NCBI GenBank assembly: GCA_038087875.1
Contig: CM075997.1
Span: 2,544,001-2,608,000 of the forward strand
DNA: 64,000 nt
Direction: 5' to 3'
Source: Malacoraja senta
Lineage: Eukaryota
Shown: piece after piece, positions 1 through 12,385 of the stretch
How positions within the stretch are numbered: position 1 is the stretch's first letter
How the letters are laid out: each line of letters starts with the position of its first letter
Translations under genes and position numbers: made by a program
The notes under the pieces: model-generated
What the model was told of the DNA's origin: nothing
Database searches by the model: none
What the model saw: the letters and a program-made list of their open reading frames with translations, nothing else

Positions 1-127
1 GATTTGGCTTAGTTTAGTTTAGAGATATAGTGCGGAAATAGGCCCTTCAGCCCACCGAGTCCACACCGACCAGCGATCCCAGTACACAATCCTACACACT
101 AGGGACAATTTACAATTTTTACCATAA

Positions 128-697
128 AGGGGCTGTCCCACGGCAGCGACCTAATTCGCGAATTTAGAAGAGTTTAGGAGAGTTTTAAAAAAATGTCATG
201 TTGAAGACCTCCTTCGACTATGTAGAAGATCTCCTTCGACCTCCTTCAACTATATTGAACACTAGCTTCGACTAGCTACAACTAGCTTCGGGAAAATTGG
301 ACTCCGAATAGTGGAGAGTGAAGACAACGTCCTTCGATCTCCTTTGACCTCCCTTCGACTATGTTGAAGATTATCTACGACTACCTTCGATTACCTTCGA
401 CTACCCTCGATTACCTACGAATAACATGCCGACCTACTTTGACCTACTTCGACTAAACCCACGAGTAAAAAAAGTATTGATGTTTCCATGGCGACCTTTT
501 TTTATTCGCGGGCATTTTTCAACATGTTGAAAAATACGCCGCGACCTAGATGAGGCCCCGAGTACGCGGGGACTACCCTCGAGCATGAAGGAAAGTTACA
601 AAGACCTCCTAGGACCTCGTGTCGACCATGCTGCGAGTATGAGTCGAGGGCAAACTCGTCTGAACTCGCGGAGTAGGTCTGCAGTGGGACAGCCCCT
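128..697. mobile_element. PIF/Harbinger-type MITE
   Basis: TIR aggggctgtcccac...gtgggacagcccct; flanks taa/tta; internal short (ttcgact-like) repeats. Confidence 0.7.
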
Positions 698-700
698 TTA

Positions 701-871
701 AGGGCCTGTCCCACTGCAGGGACCTAATTGACAAGTTTAGAAGAGTTTGCCCTTGACTCGTACTCGAAAGAGGTCTTAACATATTAGTAGGAGGTTCGAC
801 CATGACACTTTTTCATTCTCTCCTAAACTCTTCTACACTGGCAAATTAGGTCCCCACAGTGGGACAGCCCT
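701..871. mobile_element. PIF/Harbinger-type MITE, shorter member of the same family
   Basis: agggcctgtcccactg...cagtgggacagccct; tta on both sides. Confidence 0.7.
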
Positions 872-1094
872 TTAGTAGTTCATCTTCCTGCATCAATCAT
901 GATGGCGAACATCCAGTGACAAAGAGTGAGATAGAATCACAAAATCTTATAGCACAGCAGTCCATTTGACTCATAGCTCTTTGGAAGAACTAGTCCCAAT
1001 CCCCTACTCATCCCCCTAAGCCTTTGCATATTTCACTTTCAATTCTGTGCCCCATTCCTTTTTGGAAGATATTATCAAATCTATTTCCAGTACC

Positions 1095-1370
1095 AGGGCA
1101 GCACGGTGGCGCGCCGGAGACCTAGGTTGGATCCTGACTACAGGTGTACAGAGTTTGTACGTACTCCATGTGACCTGCGTGGGTTTTCTCCAGGTGCTCC
1201 GGTTTCCTCCCACACTCCAAAGTCATACAGGTTTGTAGGTTAATTGGCTTTGGTAAAATTGTAAATTGGCCCCAGTGTTTCAGATAGTGCCAGTGTGCGG
1301 TGATCAAAGGTTGGCAAGGACAGAGGGCCGAAGGGCCTGTTTCTGTGCTGTATCTCTAAACTGTCTCTAA
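1095..1370 (+). mobile_element. HE1/V-SINE
   Basis: tRNA-like head, V-domain (gggttttctcc...ggtttcctcccacactccaaa), tail gggcctgtttc..tgtatctctaaa. Confidence 0.85.
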
Positions 1371-2129
1371 ATCCCCTTACCAGCAGCACATTCCAGATCA
1401 TCAGCCATGATCACATTGAATGATGGTGCTGGCTCGAAGGGCCAAATGGCCTACTCCTGCACCTATTGTCTATTGCCTTATCATATGTATCAATACTCTG
1501 GAGAATCAAGCAGTGGAATGTCCAAAGTATTCCCATCATGAACGTACAGTAAAGTACTATGCAATTAGCAAGGGAGATGAAAATACATTGTTACAAGCTG
1601 GCTTCATCCTCAACACAGTTTTATACTATTATCTCCTGGATGGTTTCCAAAGAAATGGCCCGTTCACCATATTAATTCTGAGTAACATGGTTTAGAAAAC
1701 AACGATAAATTAACCTCACAGATAATCCAAAGGATTCTGTTGCACTGTCTGACAATTCTTTCATTAAATATTTCTCCCAGCTGTCTCAGTCTGCAGAAGC
1801 CGCAAACAATAAAGTGCATGGAAGATTTTAGATTCAATTTCAATATGTGTTGAGTTATTTGATCTGACACATAGTGGCTGCAGTGAGCTCTGATGTTGGC
1901 ATCCTCAACATCAGCTTAGGTTATCACTCATGGTTATCTTTTACACACTGATTATCCCTTGTAGCCTCTTCTAGTTCCCATAAACATACAATTTGTTTCT
2001 CCTGGAAACCGGCTGCCTATGGTTTTCTCTCTTGTTTTAATGCCTACACATGGCTAGGGTACTGCCAATTCATCTCTACCCCATTGTGGACATTAGACTT
2101 TGTCTGTGGAACTGATGCACAACAACACA

Positions 2130-2559
2130 CAGGAATGTTGAGACTTCTCTCCATTGACTCCATCTATACTTCACACTGCCTTCGTAAAGCAGCCAACATA
2201 ATCAAAGACTTGCCCCACCCCAGTCATCCTTTCTTCTCTCTGCTTCCGTCCGGCTGAAAGTATAGGGGCTTGAAAGCATGCAGCACCAGACTCAGGAACA
2301 GCTTCTTCCCCTCTATTATCAGCCTTCAGAACAGTCCTTCCATAAGCTAGGTTACTGTCCGATTCACCACTACCCCAATGTGGACATTGGACTCTTTCTA
2401 TGGAACTGATGTGCAACAATGCTGAGAACTATATTCTGCACTCTGTATCTTCCCCTTTGGTCTATCTATTGTACTTGAGTTTGACGATTCTATTTATATA
2501 TAGAACATGATCAGTTTGGATAGCATGTGAAATAAAGCTATACCTCGGTACACGTGACA
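2130..2559 (+). mobile_element. Rex1/Babar-like LINE 3' fragment
   Basis: Degenerate LPS...HP...LLPSG...TTRLRNSFFP coding remnant followed by a tail ending cacgtgaca. Confidence 0.6.
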
Positions 2560-3390
2560 CGTGTGGCGGCTCCTTGTGGCAGCGGCTCGACTGCAGTCCG
2601 TCCGTCTTTTCTTTCTTTTTGTCCCCTTAGGTGTGTGTTTTTGGTTTTAGATTTTAGCTGTGTATATGTGGGAGGGGCGGGGAAACTTTTTAAACTTTGA
2701 AATCTCTTCCCTGTACGGGGGACCCGACCTTTTCCCTGTCGGGTCTCCATTGTCGTTGTGGCCTAGCACCGTGGAGCGGCCTCCAACCTGAACGACATGG
2801 GGGCTCCAGTCGCGGACTCACCATCGCGGAGCTGGCCGGCTTCGGAGCGTGGAGAGCTGTGGTGGCGCACGGCTGTGACCCGACTTCGGAGCTTCGGAGG
2901 CTCCAGCCGCAGGCCCGGTGGACGGTAACATCGGGAGCTCGCGGGTCCCTGGTGGGAGACCGCTTTTCGGAGCCCCCGCAACGGCAACTTCTCCCGCCCG
3001 AATCGCGGGGTTAAAAACGACCCGGAGCGGGGCCTTTCATCACCCGGTGCGGCTTTAACGGCCGCTGAACTTACCATCGCCCGCCGGGGGCTCCAACATC
3101 AAGATCCAGAGCAGGGCCTTACATCGCCTGGCGCGGCCTTAACGGCCGCGGGACTTACCATCACCCGCCGGGGGTTTTAACATCGGGAGAAGAATAAAGT
3201 ACAGGGAAGAGACAAGACTTTGCTTTCCATCACAGTGAGGAGGTGTTTGGAGATTCACTGTGATGGATGTCTGTGTAAATTGTGTTAATTGTGTGTCTTG
3301 GGGGGTTTTCTTGTTTGTATGACTGCAGAAATGAAATTTCGTTTGAACTTAGGTTCAAATGACAATAAACGGTATTGTATTGTATTGTAT
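2560..3390 (+). mobile_element. GC/CpG-rich non-autonomous retroposon with 84-bp internal repeats and a tgacaataaa+(tattg)n tail
   Basis: Related copies at 14725-15110 (-) and 20768-21101 (+); microsatellite tail; inserted within the tail of a Rex1-like fragment. Confidence 0.7.
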
Positions 3391-5391
3391 AAACCGAAAC
3401 TTTTCTTGGTCATCTTTCTGGTGATTTCTTCCAGGATCAAGGAAGATTCTGCTTCTGTATTGTCGCTGTGCTTTACCAGAATGATTGCAATGCCTCGCCA
3501 ACAACAGATTCTCAAAAGTGACTAGAGATAGGCAATGAATGTTGGCCTTGGGAGGGGGCTGGCAGACTGAAGACCTAGACAGATGAAAGCACAGATGGAA
3601 GAAATGGAGGTACAAGTGGCTTATAGGACATGAGAAATTTGCAAGCATAGCGAGGCCTCTTCACAACTTATACCATTCAAAGATCAGAAGGAAGATGGTT
3701 CAATAAGGAATAGCAGATACTGGAATCTTTTGTTGAATACAAAGTGCTGGAGTAATTCAGCGGGTCAGGCAGTGTCTTTGGAGGACAGCGTTTTGGGTCG
3801 GGACCCTTCTTCAGAGTCTCGATGTTTCAGGTCAGAATCCTTCTTCCAACTCTAAGTTAAATTATTTCTGCTCACACGAAGTGCCGGGGCTTGAGATTAA
3901 AATAAAATGGTTGCAGGATGAGCCACATCCATTTGCTGCACTATATATCAAGGGAACGGAGGCAATTTCAATGTTACCAAAAGATGATGAAAACGTTTTA
4001 GGAATCCAAACTCTTTCGGCATAACAAAATAATCAGTAAATCAACTTACCATCAAGCTGTGGGAAATTTATTCAATTGGGTTTTCTGTAAATGGGTTCAT
4101 AATCTTATGAGCTGCAGTTAGGCAGTAAGGGAACAGATAAATCCAATGCTTTAAAATGATGTGAATGATGGGAAGCAATATCCTACAAAGCAATGTCGCA
4201 GCAAGTATCATTGTTTTAATTGATATATACTCTGCTACCGTTAATAGCTCTGATGTGGTCCTCCTATTAATGAGACCTAAGTGATAATATTTTCTGAGCC
4301 ATCATTTTTTTTCTGCATTGAGCATTAAATAATCATCTGCCCTCTGCAGGAGTAGCTGGCTCAGGACAAGGTCATGTCTTAAAAATAGATTATCATTTGA
4401 ACTGGACTTTTACTATTATTATGAACTCAACTCTTCCAAGACACAGTGAGATATTGCATCAGATCCAAAAGTATTGATCATATTGAAGTTTCATGTAAAT
4501 TCCTAACCTACATTGATTTGGGTAAAAAAAAACACAATCTGCTGGAGCAACTCAGTAGCTTGAGCTGTGTCTGTGAGGGTAAAGGACTTGTTAATGTTTT
4601 GGGTTGAGACTCTACATCGGGACTGAGAGTAGCCAGTGTAAAGAAGAGAGGGGGAAGCAGTGTGACAGGGGCCGATAGGTGTTAGGTGAATGGTAAAGCC
4701 TTGGAGAGTGTTGGAGAATAGAGACACCTAGGATTACAGGTACATAATCGCCTGAAAGAATATTAAGTCTTCCGCTGTTGGTGTATATGACAATTAAACA
4801 CTCTTGCATCTTGACTCAAGTCTCTTGAAAGTGCCCCGCAGGTAGACATGGTGGTGAAGACGGCGTTTGGCAAGCTTGCCTTGATCGGTCGTGGTACTGA
4901 GTGCAGGAATTGAGATGTCATATTGCAGTTGTACAAGTCGTTGGTGAGAACACACAAAGGGATCTGGGTGACGCAGAGGGGGTAACTTTTTCACGCAGAG
5001 AGGTGGTGTGCATATGGAATGAGCTGCCTGAGGAAGTGGTGGAGGTGCACACAATTATGATATTTTTAAGACACTTGGACAGGTACGTGGATAAGAAGGG
5101 TTTGTCGAGGTATGAGCCAGGCATAGGCAGTGGGACTAGCTTGGGCAGGCATGAATAAGTTGGGATGATGGGCCAATTTTATGCTGTATAGCATTATGAC
5201 TGTAGCCTTGTAAGTAGACACAATGTACAGTGGTGGATGGAATCCTTAACATGGTGGGATGGTATCAGTCTCCTGGCCTACTTTGCCATACAGGGTGTTG
5301 AGTATCTACCTGACCTGTGCCCAGTAGGTCCATGTCTTTGTGTCGGGTATGGATGGGCCTGGGCTGAGTAAAACAAATTCTAATTCATCAG

Positions 5392-7408
5392 TGTTAAAGA
5401 AGGAACTGCAGATGCTGGAAAATCGAAGGTACACAAAAATGCTGGAGAAACTCAGCGGGTGCAGCAGCATCTATGGAGCGAAGGAAATAGGTAACGTTTC
5501 GGGCCGAAACCCTTCTTCAGACTGATAGGGGGTGGGGAGAAGAAAGGAAAAAAGGAAAAGGAGGAGGAGGAGCCCGAGGGCTGGGGGAGGGGCGGAGACA
5601 ACCAGATGGCTGATGAAGGGGAGGGGACAGCCAGGGCTAGCAGAATTGGGAGAATTCAACGTTCAGGCCACCAGGATGTAGACTGCCCAAGCGGAATATG
5701 AGGTGCATTTCCTCCAATTTACGGTGTTGCTCGCTGTGGCCATGGAGGAGACCCAGGACAGAGAGGTCAGATACAGAATGGGAGGGGGAGTTGAAGTGCT
5801 GAGCCACCGGGAGTTCAGGTTGGTTATTGCGGACCGACCGGAGGTGTTCGGCGAAACGATCGCCAAGCCTCCGCTTGGTCTCACCGATGTAGATCAGCTG
5901 GCATCTAGAGCAGCGAATGCAATAGATGAGGTTGGGGGAGATGCAGGTGAACCTCTGGCGGAGCTGGTACTTACACTTAATAACTTCTCATTTGACTCCT
6001 CCCATTTCCTCCAAATACAAGGCGTAGCTATGGGCACACGCATGGGCCCCAGCTACGCCTGCCTCTTTGTCGGGTACGTAGAACAATCCCTGTTCAATGC
6101 GTACCAGGGCCCCATCCCCGACCTCTACCTCCGCTACATCGATGATTGTTTTGGTGCCACATCCTGCACCCACACACAACTGACTGACTTCATCCGCTTC
6201 ACCACCAACTTCCATCCGGCACTCAAATACACCTGGACCATTTCCGACACTTCCCTACCATTCCTTGACCTCACTATCTCCATCGCAGGTGATAGACTCC
6301 TTACCGACATCCACTACAAACCTACCGACTCCCATGGCTATCTGGACTACACTTCTTCCCACCCTGCTTCCTGTAAGGACTCCATCCCCCACTCCCAATT
6401 CCTCCGTCTACGCCGCATCTGCTCCCAGGATGAGGCGTTCCACACCAGGGCATCTGAAATGTCCTCATTCTTCAGGGAACGGGGGTTCCCCTCCTCCACC
6501 ATAGATGAGGCTCGCACCAGGGTCTCTGCCATACCCCGCAACACTGCTCTCTCTCCCCATCCCCCCACTCACAACAAAGGCAGAGTCCCCCTAGTCCTCA
6601 CCTTTCACCCCACCAGCCGTCACATACAACAAGTGATCCTCCGTCAGTTCCGCCACCTCCAACGTGACCCCACCACTCGCCACATCTTCCCATCTCCCCC
6701 TATGTCTGCCTTCCGCAAAGACCGCTCCCTCCGTAACTCCCTTGTCAATTCTTCCCTTCCCTCCCATACCACCCCCTCCCCTGGTACTTTCCCTTGCAAC
6801 CGCAAGAGATGCAACACTTGTCCCTTCACTTCCCCCCTCCACTCCATTCCAGGACCCAAGCAGTCGTTCCAGGTGCGACAGAGGTTCACCTGCATCTCCT
6901 CCAACCTCATCTATTGCATTCGCTGCTCTAGATGCCAGCTGATCTACATCGGTGAGACCAAGCGGAGGCTTGGCGATCGTTTCGCCGAACACCTCCGGTC
7001 GGTCCGCAATAACCAACCTGAACTCCCGGTGGCTCAGCACTTCAACTCCCCCTCCCATTCCGTATCTGACCTCTCTGTCCTGGGTCTCCTCCATGGCCAC
7101 AGCGAGCAACACCGTAAATTGGAGGAAATGCACCTCATATTCCGCTTGGGCAGTCTACATCCTGGTGGCCTGAACGTTGAATTCTCCCAATTCTGCTAGC
7201 CCTGGCTGTCCCCTCCCCTTCATCAGCCATCTGGTTGTCTCCGCCCCTCCCCCAGCCCTCGGGCTCCTCCTCCTCCTTTTCCTTTTTTCCTTTCTTCTCC
7301 CCACCCCCTATCAGTCTGAAGAAGGGTTTCGGCCCGAAACGTTACCTATTTCCTTCGCTCCATAGATGCTGCTGCACCCGCTGAGTTTCTCCAGCATTTT
7401 TGTGTACC
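5392..7408 (+). mobile_element. Penelope-like retroelement (Neptune-like), 5'-truncated, with an inverted copy of its 3' end
   Basis: RT motifs (QIQGVAMG, YIDD), CxxxxCxxC linker and GIY-YIG (NLIY..C..C...YIGET) in 5955-7199. Most of 5392-5957 is the reverse complement of 6879-7408, plus a short extra tail. 14-bp TSD ttctaattcatcag at 5378-5391 and 7409-7422. Confidence 0.95.
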
Positions 7409-8949
7409 TTCTAATTCATCAGATTGGGTTAGATTTGGATGGCCTGGCTCTTTTCAAGTCCTTAATATGTTCATCCTTCTTCTTTCGTGTGGCGTGCACA
7501 GCCTAAAGTTGTTGGACAACTTGTTCCATTTGATCTTCTGTTTGTGCACGTCGAGTTGATTGCATTAGTCGAAACAGGGCGGCCCATGTGAAGGTTGCAA
7601 TCTTCCACCCCAATATGTTGATTGAGAGAGTGCAAGAAGTCGTTCCCTTTCTCAATATATATCTTCCTTCGCACTATGTTGTATATGGCTTGACGGCACT
7701 CATGTATGGTATGATTTGACTGCATAGCACACCAACACATGTTTCCACTATATGTTGGCACGTGACAATAATAAACCAGTACCAATACCGTTGTGGAACC
7801 CAATCCAAGCGTGACGGGAAACTGACTATATATGTCAGATTTAGATTTGGTATCAGTACAATTACAGGCTTGGGTCGGGTACCAATTGGCTATTGTTGGA
7901 GAACTCTATTGTTGGTTGGGTTTTCAATTTTTTACTGGAGCAGAGCTGAGTATTGTTGGGGATAAAATTATAAATGTTGGAATTTTGGAATAAAAATAGA
8001 AAATGGTGAAAATACTCAGCGTGCAGATGGCACTGTGGATAGTGAGACAATATTATTTCAAACCAATGTGCTTTCATTAGAAATAGAAAATAGGTGCAGG
8101 AGTAGGCCATTCGGCCCTTCGAGCCAGCACCGCCATTCAATATGATCATGGCTGATCATCCAAAATCAGTACCCCGTTCCTGCTTTCTCCTATCCCTTGA
8201 TTCTGTTAGACCTAAGAGCTATATCTAACTCTCTCTTAGAAAGACAAGGGTGTTGTAATTAGTATCTGTGTTCCAAAATTACCTGGAAAAATTGCCCACG
8301 GAACATTTTAATGGGTTTTCCCTCTCCCTAGGAAGCCGCAAAGCAAATGACTGCCAATTTACTATTTCTGAACTGAAGGCGAACAGACAACTAAGACAAT
8401 GAAACACAAGGTCCTAGAAAGAGCAAGTACGACAAATGTCTGAGACACAAGAAACTGCAGATGCTGGAATCTTGTGTAGAACACAAAGTGCTGGAGGATC
8501 TCAGCAGGTCAGGCAACATCTCTGGAGGACATGGATATGCAAGGCTTTGTTCAGAGTCTGAAGAAGGGTGCTGACCCAAAACTTCACCTATCCATGTTCT
8601 TGCGAGATATTGCCTGACCCGTTGAGTTTATCCAGCACTTTGTGTTCAATTACAAATGTTTAATGTCTTCTGTGAATGGTAACAACTCCGTTGCTTTTTG
8701 TAACTTTTGTCAGCGTCCTTTATGTGGCGACTATTTGCATACTTATGCAAGCAAAGAATTTCACTGTGACTTGTCACATGTGACATTAAAGTATTCATTC
8801 ATTCATTCATTCATTCATTCATTCATTAATGAATGGGACTCAATGGTTTAGTTTAGAGATACAGCATGGAAACAGGCCCTTCATCCCACCGAGTGCAAGC
8901 TGACCATCGATCCCCCACATACTAGTTCACTGTTAACCTTTGCTTGAAC

Positions 8950-9340
8950 CACAGCAGCATGTGTGGTAAAGAAGAAGCAGCTTACAACCAGGCAATATGA
9001 ATATTGATCTCTAACTTCAAGTAACCCTTGCATCCCCTCTCTCTCCATCCCTCCCCCATCCAAGTCGTTGTACTAGCGTCAAAGTCGTCCTGTTGAGTCT
9101 CATTGTTTGTAACTCTTTTTCACCTCGCCCACTGCTAACAATGGCCTGTTTCCTTTATCATCGTTACTTTTTTGCATATATTTCATGCGTTTGTTCTATA
9201 TCTTATTTCACTGTCTATATCTCTTGTTTCCCTTTCCCTTGACTCCCAGTCTGAAGAAGGGCTCAACCTGAAACATCACCTATTCCTTTTCTTCAGAGAT
9301 GCTGTCTGACCCGTTGAGTAACTCCAGCTTTTTGTGTCAA
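8950..9340 (+). mobile_element. PLE 3' fragment
   Basis: End of the GIY-YIG ORF remnant, then pLTR with ctgaagaaggg..gaaac. Confidence 0.7.
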
Positions 9341-9630
9341 TCTAAAGGAGATTGAGAGTTGGTCCCAGTGACGATGAAGGAATGCTGATATTTATCCAAG
9401 ATGGGATGTTGGAGGACTTTAAGGAACTTAAGAAGCCATCAACACACAGGGGAGATGGGTTGTGGTTGTGGTGGAGTGTTTATACTTGTGTTTATACAGG
9501 TAAAATAACCTGGACAATAGAACAGATATAGACGCTCTAGATTAATCTGGATAACAAAGTAGTGTGACACGAAAAGCTGGAGTAACCCAGGCGGGCCAGT
9601 CGGCATCGCTGGAGAAAAGGAATAGGTGAA

Positions 9631-10111
9631 TTTTCGGGTCGAGACCCTTCTTCAGACAAAGTATTCAACCGTGTTGAAAATCAGAAAAAAACTGCAGATA
9701 TTGGAGACGTGAAATAAACGAATAAAATGTCAGAAACACTTAGTAGGTCTGGCAGTATCTGTCAAAAGAGAAACATAAGTCTGAAGAAGGGTCTCGACCC
9801 GAAACATCGCCTATTCCTTCTCTCCATAGATACTGCCTCACCCGTTGAGTTTCTCCAGCATTTACTGTATATCCACCTTCGATTTTTCGGGTCGAGACCC
9901 TTCTTCAGACAAAGTACTCAACCGTGTTGAAAATCAGAAAAAAAACTGCAGATATTGGAGGCGTGAAATAAACGAATAAAATGTCAGAAACACTTAGTAG
10001 GTCTGGCAGTATCTGTCAAAAGAGAAACATAAGTCTGAAGAAGGGTCTCGACCCGAAACATCGCCTATTCCTTCTCTCCATAGATCACCCGTTGAGTTTC
10101 TCCAGCATTTA
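9631..10111. repeat. Tandem duplication of about 253 bp; the second copy is interrupted by the Tc1 element
   Basis: 9631-9883 repeats from 9884 (ORF track shows twin ORFs at 9727 and 9981). Confidence 0.9.
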
Positions 10112-11730
10112 CAGTGGCTTGCAAAAGTATTCATACCCCTTGAACTTTTCCACATTTTGTCACGTTACAACCACAAACGTAAATGTATTTTATTGGGATT
10201 TTATGTGATAGACCAACACAAAGTGGCGCATAATTGTGAAGTGGAAGGAAAATGATACATGGTTTTCACATTTTTTTACAAATAAAAAACTGAAAAGTGT
10301 CGCATGCAAAAGTATTCAGCCCCCTTTACTCTGATACCCCTAAATAAAATCCAGTGCAACCAATTGCCTTCAGAAGTCACCTAATTAGTAAATAGAGTCC
10401 ACTTGTGTGTAATCTAATCTCAGTATAAATACAGCTGTTCTGTGAAGGCCTCAGAGGTTTGTTAGAGAACATTAGTGAACAAACAGCATCATGAAGCCCA
10501 AGGAACACACCAGACAGGTCAGGGATAAAGTTGTGGAGAAGTTTAAAGCAGGGTTAGGTTATACAAAAATATCCCAAGCTTTGAACATTTCACGGAGCAC
10601 TGTTCAATCCATCATCCAAAAATGGAAAGAGTATGGTACAACTGCAAACCTACCAAGACATGGCCGTCCACCTAAACTGACAGGCCGGGCAAGGAGAACA
10701 TTGATCAGAGAAGCAGCCAAGAGGCCCATGGTAACTCTGGAGGAGCTGCAGAGATCCACAGCTCAGGTGGGAGAATCTGTCCACAGGACAACTATTAGTC
10801 ATGCACTCCACAAATCGGGCCTTTATGGAAGAGTGGCAAGAAGAAAGCCATTGTTGAAAAAAAGCCATAAGAAGTCCTGTTTGCAGTTTGCCACAAGCCA
10901 TGTGGGGGGGACAGCAAACATGTGGAGGAAGGTGCTCTGGTCAGATGAGACCAAAATTGAAGTTTTTGGCCTAAATACAAAAACGCTATGTGTGGCGGAA
11001 ACCTAACACTGCACATCACCCTGAACACACCATCCTCACTGTGAAACATGGTGGTGGCAGCATCATGCTGTGGGGATGCTTTTCTTCAGCAGGGACAGGG
11101 AAGCTGGTCAGAGTTGATGGGAAGATGGATGGAGCCAAATACAGGGCAATCTTGGAAGAAAACCTGTTAGAGTCTGCAAAAGACTTGAGACTGGGGCGGA
11201 GGTTCACTTTCCAGCAGGACAACGACCCTAAACATACAGCCAGAGCTACAATGGAATGGTTTAGATCAAAGCATATTCATATGTTAGAATGGCCCAGTCA
11301 AAGTCCAGACCTTAATCCAATTGAGAATCTCTGGCAAGACTTGACAATTGCTGTTCACAGACGCTCTCCATCCAATCTGACTGAGCTTGAGCTATTTTGC
11401 AAAGAAGAATGGGCAAACATTTCAGTCTCTAGATGTGCAAAGCTGGTAGAGACATACCCCAAAAGACTTGCAGCTGTAATTGCAGCGAAAGGTGGTTCTA
11501 CAAAGTATTGACTCAGGGGGGGCTGAATACCTTTGCACGCGACACTTTTCAGTTTTTTATTTGTAACAAAATTTGAAAACCATGTATCATTTTCCTTCCA
11601 CTTCACAATTATGCGCCACTTTGTGTTGGTCTATCACATAAAATCCCAATAAAATACATTTACGTTTGTGGTTGTAACGTGACAAAATGTGGAAAAGTTC
11701 AAGGGGTATGAATACTTTTGCAAGCCACTG
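10112..11730 (+). mobile_element. Tc1/mariner DD34E transposon, Passport-like, full length (1619 bp)
   Basis: TA on both flanks; roughly 213-bp IR/DR-type TIRs starting cagtggcttgcaaaagtattca; transposase 10491-11511 with GRPPK, WSDE, QQDND-34-E. Confidence 0.96.
10491..11511 (+). pseudogene. Tc1 transposase with a single +1 frameshift (339 aa if corrected)
   Basis: ORFs 10491-11006 and 10990-11511 overlap; one extra A in the run at 10979-10983. Confidence 0.9.
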
Positions 11731-12061
11731 TATGTCCACCTTCAATTTTTCCAGCATTTGCAGTTCTTTCTTAAACAGTTAATGTTTAAGGTCTGTGAGC
11801 CTTCAACAGAAATTGGGTTTATAATGATGGGAAGAGGTAGAATTATAATGTCAATGACATTCCTTGTTCACATGAACAAGGAATTTCAGTACACCCTGAC
11901 ATATGACAATAAACATATCTGAATCTGGATCCTAAAAGGACTCAAAATGCTGGAGTAACTCAGCAGGTCAGACAGTATCTCTGGAGAACATGGATAGATG
12001 ATGTTTCGGGTCAGGACCTTTCTTCATACTTTCCCAAATCGAAATATCACCTATCCCTGTT

Positions 12062-12385
12062 TAGTTTACTTTAGTTTAGAGATACAGCGCGGAAACAGGC
12101 CCTTTCGGCCAACCGGGTCCGCGCCGACCAGCGATCCCCGCACATTAACACTATGCTATACCCAGTAGGGACAATTTTTAAATTTACCAAGGCAATTAAC
12201 CTACAAACCTGTATGACTTTGGAGTGTGGGAAGAAACCGAAGATCTCGGAGAAAACCCATGCAGGTCATGGAGAGAACGTACAAACGCCGTGTAGACAGC
12301 ACCCGTAGTCAGGATTGAACCCGGGTCTCCGGCGCTGCATTCGCTGTAAGGCAGCAACTCTACCGCTGCGCCACCGTGCCGCCCC
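12062..12385 (-). mobile_element. HE1/V-SINE, full length
   Basis: Reverse complement of the same consensus with A/B-box head and (taaac)n tail. Confidence 0.88.

Noticed and set aside
200..460. Short ttcgac-type repeats as a CRISPR-like array
   Set aside because: Degenerate internal repeats of a MITE with no unique spacers, in eukaryotic DNA.
1664..1870. Possible exon on either strand
   Set aside because: No recognisable homology and no partner exons found.
5703..5957. N-terminal 85 aa of the 498-aa ORF as a novel domain fused to a PLE RT
   Set aside because: It is the antisense reading of the inverted arm (the same peptide appears in ORF 6591-7133 minus); the fusion is a by-product of the inversion.
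12290..12385. tRNA gene
   Set aside because: It is the tRNA-derived head of an HE1 SINE, continuous with the V-domain.
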